From Octopus sinensis (taxonomy: Eukaryota), in NCBI RefSeq assembly GCF_006345805.1, contig NW_021828241.1:1-9049 (forward strand): DNA of 9,049 bases, in the 5' to 3' direction. The notes under the pieces were generated by a model. The model worked only from the letters and a program-made list of their open reading frames with translations, was not told the origin of the DNA and searched no databases. Positions 1 to 8,337 of this stretch are shown here, piece by piece (within the stretch, counting starts at the first letter, position 1; each line of letters opens with the position of its first letter). The position numbers and the translations under genes are program-made.

Positions 1-39
1 ATTGCACAGATTAGAAGTGAATTCAATTAGATTCGAAAA

Positions 40-520
40 TAAATCAGACGATAACAATCAAAAGCAAAGATAAAGACGAGTAACAGGTAAACAAAAATGT
101 AGATAGACGATTGAAAACAGCTAAACACGAGTAGACAGACGAGAATAGCTAAATAGAACCATATTGGTAAGGTCAAATATAGACAGGCAGATAGAATAAA
201 TATGGAGAGAGAGAGAGAGAGAGAGCATGAGAAAGAGAGAGAGAGAGGCGAAAACACTCAACCACAAGCAGTTGACAACAATTAAATATCGAATGGTTGC
301 ATAGACAAAGAAATTAAATATTGATATGAACTGACGTAGAGAAACATCAAACATATTCAGACAACACCAGGTAGATGCAGATATATAATAGCAATCAGAC
401 GTTAGCAGACGACAACATTGAGAGATAGACAACACACGAAACCAATCAAATATAAGCAGACGACACCAATCAGAAAGAGGACAATATTCAGACATAGACA
501 GACGACAGTGGTCATCCAGA
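40..520. repeat. Degenerate A-rich minisatellite-like tract with recurring AGACGA motif
   Basis: AGACGA at 46, 74, 105, 137 (spacing 28-32) and again at 407, 458, 500; the plus strand is strongly A-rich and T-poor. Confidence 0.5.
205..247. repeat. (GA)n microsatellite, interrupted
   Basis: gagagag... run 205-225, short interruption, resumes to 247. Confidence 0.95.
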
Positions 521-652
521 GACACGGCTGTATTTTCCAAGAAGTAACGATTCCGAGTATTCTTAGGTTTGATTGAAAGATATAATGATCAGTGTCGAAA
601 CGTTAAAGATCACTGTACTCAGGTTATTTGTAGTGCCCACCTCCTCAGATAA

Positions 653-818
653 CAATCCTTTCTATTATAGGCACAAAGTCTGAAATTTTAGGGAAGAGAG
701 TTAGTCGATTATATCGGCCCTAGTACTCAGCTGCTACTCATTTTATCGACTCCGAAAGGATGAAAGGTAAAGTCGACTTCGAGGAATTTGAACTCAAAGA
801 GTAAAGACGAACGAAATA
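653..818 (-). mobile_element. SINE family A copy A1 (head missing; keeps B box, body and tail)
   Basis: Aligns by eye with A2-A5 (tcgac.ccgaaaggatgaaagg.aaagtcgac...gaatttgaactc). The reverse complement of 784-794 is AGTTCAAATTC, a B-box-like motif. Similarity stops at 818. Confidence 0.85.
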
Positions 819-1051
819 TCTATTTCTTTACTATCCACAACGGGCTAAACGCAGAGGGAACAAACAAGGACAGACAAACGGATTAAGTCGATTATATCGA
901 CCTCAGTGCGTAACTGGTACTTATTTAATCGACCCCGAAAGGATGAAAGGCAAAGTCGACCTCGGTGGAATTTGAACTCAGAACGTAACGGCAGACGAAA
1001 TACGGCTACACATTTCGCCCGGCGTGATGGCGATTTTACCAGCGCGCTGCC
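819..1051 (-). mobile_element. SINE family A copy A2, full length, distinct 3' tail subtype
   Basis: Minus-strand head GGCAGCGCGCTGGTAAAATCG (A-box-like) and B box at 968-978. The body is shared with the other A copies, but the tail (819-885) differs from A1/A3. Confidence 0.9.
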
Positions 1052-1067
1052 ACGCCTCCTAAGATAA

Positions 1068-1283
1068 TATCTCTTCTACTATGGGCACAAGGTCTGTAAT
1101 TTTGAGGGAGGGGATAATCGATTACATCGACCCCAGTGCTCAACTTGTACTTATTTCCTCGACCCCGGAAGGATGTAAGGCATAGTCAACCTCGGCGGAA
1201 TTTGAACTCAGAACGCGAAGGCGAACGAAATGTCGTTAAGCATTTCGTTCGGTGTGCTAACAATTCTACCAGCCCGCTGCCTT
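1068..1283 (-). mobile_element. SINE family A copy A3, full length
   Basis: Minus-strand head AAGGCAGCGGGCTGGTAGAATTG and B box at 1198-1208. The tail is the same type as A1 (ttcta.tat.ggcacaa.gtctg.aatttt). Confidence 0.9.
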
Positions 1284-1297
1284 ACCTCCTAAGATAA

Positions 1298-1446
1298 TCC
1301 TGGTTTCAAATTTTTCCACAGAGGCAGCCATTTTGGGAGAGGGGACGTGTCGATTACATTGGCACCAATGTTTCACTGGTACTTAATTTATCGACCCCGA
1401 AAGGGTAAAAGATAAAGTCGACCTCGGTGGAATTTGAACTCAGAAC
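1298..1446 (-). mobile_element. SINE family A copy A4, 5'-truncated, third tail subtype
   Basis: Body atcgaccccgaaagg...aaagtcgacctcggtggaatttgaactcagaac with B box at 1430-1440. The tail cctggtttcaaattttt differs from A1/A3 and A2; similarity is lost after 1446. Confidence 0.85.
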
Positions 1447-1596
1447 ATAGCGACATAGGAAAGTGTAGGTAGAATAACAGGTATTTACTTCCTTTGCCTA
1501 CTCTTTAGTAAATGACACACTTTTCGTTCCAATCCCATCGGCGTCTTCGTTGCTTTTTCTATTGACGAATGTATCCAATGTAATCACTCAATATTT

Positions 1597-1726
1597 TATA
1601 CATGTATGCGTATGTGTGCCGTGTGTGTGGTATGAGTCTATGTAGTATGCATGTATGTATGTATATATATTATATATATATATATATATAATATACATAT
1701 ATATACATATATATATATATATGTAC

Positions 1727-1771
<45 letters not shown>

Positions 1772-1870
1772 TGTTATATATGTATACATATACTATATAT
1801 ATACATATATACATACATACATATATACGCATATAATATTTATAACATACATATGAAAATTGTATACCTG
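1597..1870. repeat. Compound (TA)n/(TATG)n/(TACA)n microsatellite
   Basis: Direct reading; source of the IYIY-type ORFs at 1638-1903. Confidence 0.95.
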
Positions 1871-1919
1871 TCTACTTACTATAAATGGCACGCATGGAAG
1901 TAGAAAAAATAGATACATC

Positions 1920-2030
1920 TACTATATTTTATATATATATATATATATATTATGTGTGTGTGTGTATGTATATCCAAAATGTGTGTGTGAGTGTGTGAGT
2001 GTGTGTGGTTGGGGGGGTGTATGTGTACAT
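1920..2030. repeat. (TA)n/(TG)n microsatellite tract
   Basis: Direct reading. Confidence 0.9.
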
Positions 2031-2105
2031 ATCAAAAACCTAATATGCCAACCAGTCATACGTACTCCACGCCATCAAAGCTGACATAGGTGTTGAGAGT
2101 TAAGT

Positions 2106-2109
<4 letters not shown>

Positions 2110-2174
<65 letters not shown>

Positions 2175-2207
2175 TATATATATAATATAATATAATATAT
2201 AATATAT
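2110..2207. repeat. Near-pure (TA)n microsatellite followed by (TAA)-type repeats
   Basis: Uninterrupted AT alternation 2110-2166. Confidence 0.95.
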
Positions 2208-2380
2208 GTAGACATTTATGTATTTGCTACAGCCATATAATGTGTATTTGTAATACAGTCACGTAGCTAAACATTGGTCCTTCGAATGACTTGTGTCATC
2301 ACATCGGTTGCCAATAACGGTTCCTGTCAGATTATGGATACCTTATTGTTGCCGACAGCTGTCTGCCTGGCTCAACTGGT

Positions 2381-2447
2381 CGTCCATAACAATACATACA
2401 TACATGCATATGAAAATATGGCATATATCTATATAATATAATATAAT

Positions 2448-2514
<67 letters not shown>

Positions 2515-2580
2515 ATATATAATATATACATTAATACATCCTCACAAATATATACATACACACGCATATATAAATATATT
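2381..2580. repeat. Compound (TA)n/(TACA)n/(TG)n microsatellite
   Basis: Direct reading. Confidence 0.9.
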
Positions 2581-2585
2581 ATGTC

Positions 2586-2738
2586 AGTGTTAATAAGCTT
2601 GATTCCCAGTCGCGTGGTTGTGGGTTCAATCCCACAGTGTGGCACCTTGGACATGTGTTTTCTACTATAGTCCTGGGTCGACCAAAGCCTTTTGAGTGAA
2701 TGAATTTGGTAGAGGGAAACTGAAGAAAACCCGTTATA
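2586..2738 (+). mobile_element. SINE family B copy B0, diverged 5' half only
   Basis: B box GGTTCAATCCC at 2623-2633, then ggcaccttggacatgtgttttctactatag...gaccaaagcc...gaaactgaagaaaacccgt matching B1-B4. Ends in the central microsatellite; no 3' half is seen. Confidence 0.85.
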
Positions 2739-2760
2739 CACACACACATATATATATATA

Positions 2761-2980
2761 CTCTTTTACTCTTTTACTTGTTTCAGTCATTTGACTGCAG
2801 CCATGCTGGAGAACCGCCTTTTAATCGAGCAACTCGACTCCGGGACTTATTCTTTTTGTAAGCCCAGTACTTATTCTATCGGTCTCTTTTGCCGAACTGT
2901 AAGTAACGGGGACATAAACACACCAGCATCGGTTGTCAAGCAATGCTAGGGGGACAAACACAGACACACAAACACACACA

Positions 2981-3061
<81 letters not shown>

Positions 3062-3236
3062 ATATACATATATACGACGGGCTTCTTTCAGTTTCCGTCT
3101 ACCAAATCCACTCACAAGGAATTGGTCGACCCGGGCTATAGTAGAAGACACTTGCCCAAGGTGTCACACAGTGGGACTGAACCCGGAACTATGTGATTGG
3201 TAAACAAGCTACTTACCACACAGCCACTCCTGCGCC
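2761..3236 (-). mobile_element. SINE family B copy B1, full length, tRNA-derived head, internal (TA)n(TG)n, GTAAAAGA-repeat tail
   Basis: Minus strand starts GGCGCAGGAGTGGCTGTGTGG (A box), has GGTTCAGTCCC (B box) and ends acaagtaaaagagtaaaagag. Very similar to B2. tRNA-derived SINEs (OK/OR1/OR2) are known from Octopus, but I cannot assign which family this is. Confidence 0.92.
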
Positions 3237-3509
3237 TATATATATATATATTGTTTTGTAACACAAATCTATGAAGTGATTTTATTTCAGACAATTCCAC
3301 AACATCATGTCTTCTAACGGTGTGTCTACATTTAATATGATACAGACACCTCTGCATAGTTTTATTCGCTAAGATATTCTTATTAATCTCTACTTGTTGC
3401 AAACTTTTCGTGAAGTCTTCATTTTTTTTTACAGGAAATATTTTAAAATCCGGTTGGTAAAGGTAGGTATTCAAGATGTTCGGGAGAAAATATCACTAAA
3501 ACCTAAATA

Positions 3510-3671
3510 TTCATAGTTTGCCTCGCAGTCTTGATTCCAGCAACACAGACGGTGACCCTTACAAGCAAGGAATATAATACAAAAGTCTCACAGGTGATGC
3601 AGAACCCTGGAGATGCCTTGTACTTGCAACATGAGTTAGATGCGATATACAAATGAGCCGAGAAGAATAAT
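3510..3671 (+). pseudogene. Decayed non-LTR retrotransposon (LINE) reverse transcriptase fragment, left part
   Basis: Plus-strand frame from 3510 reads FIVCLAVLIPATQTVTLTSKEYNTKVSQVMQNPGDALYLQHELDAIYK*AEKNN. This matches the LINE RT pattern (YADD)TK...D...LQ.(D/E)LD.I..WA..NN seen in CR1/Jockey-type elements. KEYN sits at the YADD position and TGA (3654-3656) replaces the Trp codon. Confidence 0.8.
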
Positions 3672-3672
3672 A

Positions 3673-3910
3673 CTCTTTTACTCTTTACTCTTTTACCTGT
3701 TTTAGTTATTTGACTGCGGCCATGCTGGAGCACCGCCTTTAATCGAGCAAATCAATCCCGGAACTTATTCTTTTGTAAGCCCAGTACTTATTCTATCGGT
3801 CTCTTTTGCCGAACCGCTAAGTAACGGGGACAAAAAACACCAGCATCGGTTGTCAAGCAATGCTAGGGGGACAAAACACACTCACACAAACACACACAAT
3901 ATATAATATA

Positions 3911-3945
<35 letters not shown>

Positions 3946-4107
3946 CGACGGGTTCTTTCAGTTTCCGTCTACCAGATCCACTCACAAGGCTTTGGTCGGC
4001 CCGAGGCTATAGTAGAAGGCACTTTCCCAAGGTGCCACGCAGTGGGACTGAACCCGGAACCATGTGGTTGGTAAACAAGCTACTTACCACACAGCCACTC
4101 CTGCGCC
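3673..4107 (-). mobile_element. SINE family B copy B2, full length, inserted inside the LINE remnant
   Basis: Same head (GGCGCAGGAGTGGCTGTGTGG...GGTTCAGTCCC), internal (TA)n/(TG)n and GTAAAAGA tail as B1. Confidence 0.92.
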
Positions 4108-4108
4108 T

Positions 4109-4148
4109 ATGCAGTTTAATTTTGAAAAATTCCAAGCTGTCCAGGTAT
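4109..4148 (+). pseudogene. LINE reverse transcriptase fragment, right part
   Basis: ATG CAG TTT AAT TTT GAA AAA TTC CAA GCT GTC = MQFNFEKFQAV, continuing the WA..NNM.FN..KF pattern across the SINE B2 insertion. Confidence 0.75.
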
Positions 4149-4185
4149 TTACCTCATTTCCTTACTCTTTGGTAAATGACATCGG

Positions 4186-4584
4186 CGCCTATTTGGTTAG
4201 AAGTTTGCTTCCCAACCGCATGGCCCTGGGTTCGATCCTGCTGCGTGGCACCTTCGGAAAATATCTTCCACTGAAGCCTCGGGCCGACCAAAGCCTTGTG
4301 AGTGAAACTGAAAAGAAGCCTGTCGTATATGTATATATATATGTGTGTGTGTGTCTGTGTGCGTGTATGTGTATGTATGTGCTTTCCCCCACCGCCACTT
4401 GACACCCGGTGTTAGTGTGTTTACGTCCCCGTAACTTAGCGGTTCGGCCAAAGAGTCCGATGAAACAAAGTACGAGGCTTCAAAAGACAAAAAATAAACG
4501 GGGTCGATTCATTCGACTAAAATCTCTTCAAAGCGGTGCCCCAGCATGGCCGCAGTCTATTCGCTGAAACAAGTAAAAAAAAAA
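4186..4584 (+). mobile_element. SINE family B copy B3, more diverged, with internal deletion
   Basis: Canonical B box GGTTCGATCC at 4229-4238; gaagcctcgggccgaccaaagccttgtgagtg; central (TA)(TG) tract 4326-4380; 3' half ...ccagcatggccgcagtc...gaaacaagtaaaa. The 5' boundary is approximate. Confidence 0.88.
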
Positions 4585-5107
4585 CAAGATGGAAGATGAT
4601 ATTCACAATTCCACATACGATACAACATACTCTTAATTCAAGATTCTAACATGGAGACTTCAAGCCTTGAGAATCTGCCGGGCGTCATTGGCCCTCGTTA
4701 GAGAGAGACAACAGGGAATAAGTTTATCGTTGTTAAATAAATATGTCACTGACTTACATATTTATTTACCGCCAGACATTCTGCCAGGAAATTCGATCGA
4801 ATCTGCTAAATTTTAGCCTTGAAGGCATGCTGCGCTTTGAAAGGAAAATTTTCATGTGTTATTGAAAAGTGTACTTGAGAAAGACATTGATTAACAGCCA
4901 TTGTATTGGTTAATTAGATCTCTGGCTAACAACATAGACCGAGGAGACAAGAGGTATTTTACGTGGACAGCCAGGCCATTTAAAGTGGCCAGAAGCAGAA
5001 GCCGCCATTGGTCAATTGTCACTTAGAGTAAATGGCGATTTTAAGTTTAAGAGAAATTACAACACCGTAGGATACTGGCTGCCAGAAGTGAAGTTGTTTT
5101 GCAGTGT

Positions 5108-5139
5108 ATATTATGCGTGTATATGTGTGTATGCGTATG

Positions 5140-5171
<32 letters not shown>

Positions 5172-5177
5172 TATATC

Positions 5178-5209
<32 letters not shown>

Positions 5210-5386
5210 TATATGTGTGTATATATATACATATATATATATATATATGTATAAATATATAATATATATATGTATATATAATATGTGTGTGTGTGTGTGT
5301 GTTATATATATATATAGATATGTAATATATATGTATGTATGTATGTATATATATGTATATAGAATATATATATGTATATGTATATC

Positions 5387-5418
<32 letters not shown>

Positions 5419-5568
5419 ACACACATATATATATAAATATATACATATGTATGATACATATACATATATATACATATATAATTATATATACACACATCTA
5501 TATATATATACACACATCTATGTATATATATATATACACACATCTATATATATATATATATATACATT

Positions 5569-5651
<83 letters not shown>

Positions 5652-5745
5652 TATATACGTATGTATGTATGTATGTGTGTCCAAGCCGGCATGTATTTAT
5701 TACAGGTGTACGTTTGTCTATATACGTATGTATGTAAGTATGCAT
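5108..5745. repeat. Long compound (TA)n/(TG)n/(CA)n/(TATG)n microsatellite (~640 bp)
   Basis: Direct reading; includes the sub-unit acacacatcta at 5490, 5510 and 5536. Source of the overlapping IY-rich ORFs. Confidence 0.95.
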
Positions 5746-5864
5746 GTCGTATCAAGAATTATAGGTTGGTAGTTCTCTAGCTGTGAATCTACATAACTGT
5801 CCATCCACCCATCTTTCTTTCTGACTATTTATATGTCTGTCTGTCTGTCTACCAGGCTTTCTAT

Positions 5865-6196
5865 TTACGTATACATGTATGTGTGTGTGCGTGTGTGTAT
5901 GTTGTGTGTGTGTGTAGGTATGTATGTTTATGCATTAAGGAATTAGAAAATCTATAAATGGCTTTTCGTATGTATACTTAAACGAATCAATAAATATATA
6001 TAGGTGTGTGTGTGTATGTAAGCATAAATTAGTGAATGCATGAATGTATGTTTGTATACATATATGCTTGTGTGTGTGTGTAATTACACACACACTCACA
6101 CACAAATACACACACTCGTAAACACACGCACACGTACTACACACACTACACACACACACACATATATATATATATGTATGTATCTATGTATATATA
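5865..6196. repeat. Mixed (TG)n/(CA)n/(TA)n low-complexity tract
   Basis: Direct reading. Confidence 0.85.
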
Positions 6197-6202
6197 AAGA
6201 TA

Positions 6203-6573
6203 GGCGCAGGAGTGGTTGTGTGGTAAGTAGCTTGCTTACCAACCACATGGTTCCGGGTTCAGTCCCACTGCATAGCACCTTGGCCAAGTGTCTTCTACTA
6301 TAGCCTTGTGAGTGGATTTGGTAGACGGAAACTGAAAGAAGCCCGTCGTACATACATATATGTGTAAGTATATGTTTGTGTGTCTCCCCCACCATCGCTT
6401 GACAGCCGATGCTGGTGTGTTTACGTCCCCTTAACTTAGTGGTTAAGCAAAAGTGAAAAGTAGGATAAATACTAGCCTTACAAAGAATAAGTCCTGGGGT
6501 TGATTTCCTCGACTAATAGCGGTGCTCCAACATGGCCGCAGTCAAATGATTGTAACTTAAAGGAGTAAAAGAG
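6203..6573 (+). mobile_element. SINE family B copy B4, full length with 17-bp internal deletion
   Basis: Head GGCGCAGGAGTGGTTGTGTGG (A box 6213-6223), B box GGTTCAGTCCC 6256-6266, short central microsatellite, tail ggagtaaaagag. Confidence 0.92.
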
Positions 6574-6575
6574 TA

Positions 6576-6584
6576 CATGTGTAT

Positions 6585-6615
<31 letters not shown>

Positions 6616-6770
6616 AATAATATGTATATCTATGTATATACGCACATGTACTCTTTTACTATTTTACATATATATGTATATATATATGTGTGTGTGTGTG
6701 TGTATGTATGACGATGTAATTATGATGTATACGTAACTATAAGCAGATATGTATATACATATACATCACA
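6576..6770. repeat. (TA)n/(TG)n low-complexity tract
   Basis: Direct reading. Confidence 0.85.
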
Positions 6771-7404
6771 GTTATATTATGCTTACGTTAATCCTATACA
6801 ATAATGGACTTCTACACTTTTATCCAGTCTTCGAGAAAATCCTGCTGTAGAGTAGCATGTGGTAGCCAATAACGCCGTAGGTGCTTTTAAGTGCACATTA
6901 TGAGGTTATTATCCGAATTATACAAAATATATACGTGTGCACGTATGTGCATATATATATATAAAACAAATGAAAGACAGATGGAATATACGAGAATATA
7001 TTATTAATCAAAACAATTGTTTCGACACATCTAGCATCGATTCCTCTTGTAGGACACTCAACAACTGGTTCAGGCGTATCCGGTGGTGCAGACGTATCTC
7101 GTCGGGTGATAAGTAAAAAAAAAAAAAACTCGTTAAAAATAACCGTTCTATAATGCAACTTTCCTGTTTGTAGAAAGAAAAACAGCCAGATGGAGGAAAA
7201 TTCTTCATATATATATATAGAAGATCCCAAAATAAAATTGCAGAGGATAAAAAGAGAAACGAACACTTAATCCAGCGAGAAAAAGTATTGAAAATAACCG
7301 TTAACCGATATCGATGTATAAACGCCCTCGGGCAAGCTTCATGGCACGAGCACACACGCTTATACGAGCATTACCAAAAATGTGAGCATACGCACACGTG
7401 AAAT

Positions 7405-7520
7405 TAGACGCACTCATAATATATATATACATACACACAGACACACACACATATACACACACACAGAGAAATATATATGTGGATGTGTATACATAAGGAT
7501 GTATGCCCGTGATATATATC
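7405..7520. repeat. (TA)n/(CA)n tract
   Basis: Direct reading. Confidence 0.8.
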
Positions 7521-7639
7521 TAAATATGGTTTCATTGAAGTACGAACCGAGCGCTAACATGATCTCTAAAAGGTAACGGTCAGACAGTGACACGAGCTTT
7601 TGTAAAGAGAGATTATTTACAGCAACTTTTTTTATCAGC

Positions 7640-7745
7640 AACATCACCTCCGCTATCTTCATCAACACCTCCACCATCACCCTCATCTCTACCGTCGTCA
7701 TCATCATCATCATCATCACCATCGTTATCATTATCATTGATATTA
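7640..7745. repeat. Degenerate (CAT)n/(CAC)n trinucleotide tract
   Basis: catcatcatcatcatcaccatc core with degenerate triplet flanks. Confidence 0.85.
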
Positions 7746-7990
7746 TTTCGCGTATATTTTTTACAAGGGGGAGGCAGTTAGGGGGCGAATAATGATGAAA
7801 CATATCAACCGAGATGGGTAAATGAAGAGAAGGGGATCGAGAGTAACTGGAAACGTTTACAGTGTCGTTGTTGCTTATCCCCAAGTTAGCCTTACTAAGC
7901 AGATCTTTGACGTTCCAGCCATGACCATATGTCTTTTCGGCATATCTGGGACTATACTCTGTAATGGATTTTTTCTTTTATAAAAGAAAC

Positions 7991-8337
<347 letters not shown>

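Noticed and set aside
121-540. 139-aa minus-strand ORF with repeated CRLL/CRLS
   Set aside because: It is the translation of the AGACGA-repeat, T-poor tract (few stops on the minus strand) plus a (GA)n run; no recognisable domain.
566-615. TTGATTGA...GAAAC resembling a hammerhead ribozyme core
   Set aside because: There is no CTGATGA box and no convincing stem II or flanking helices.
640-1298. CRISPR-like repeat/spacer pattern of the recurring 13-bp motif
   Set aside because: The repeats are too short, the intervening sequences are homologous SINEs of 200-400 bp, and the context is eukaryotic with no cas genes.
1638-2084. Overlapping Ile/Tyr-rich ORFs
   Set aside because: Artefacts of (TA)n/(TG)n repeats, which lack stop codons in most frames.
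2320-2380. Possible exon after ttcctgtcag (e.g. DYGYLIVADSCLPGSTGRP)
   Set aside because: No good donor site and no recognisable homology; compatible with chance.
4791-4802. Perfect 12-bp palindrome ATTCGATCGAAT
   Set aside because: One or two palindromes of this length are expected by chance in 9 kb.
5016-5755. 209-aa and other long ORFs on both strands
   Set aside because: Microsatellite read-through (IY/CV/HT dipeptide repeats).
6203-6275. tRNA-like sequence with A and B boxes
   Set aside because: It is a SINE head continuing into the SINE body; no proper acceptor stem, so not a tRNA gene.
7136-7302. 12-bp direct repeat AAAATAACCGTT at 7136 and 7291
   Set aside because: AT-rich 12-mer, and the enclosed sequence has no element features; not supportable as a TSD.
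7310-7400. TATAAA, CACGTG and several CpGs suggesting a promoter
   Set aside because: Short common motifs with no supported downstream gene.
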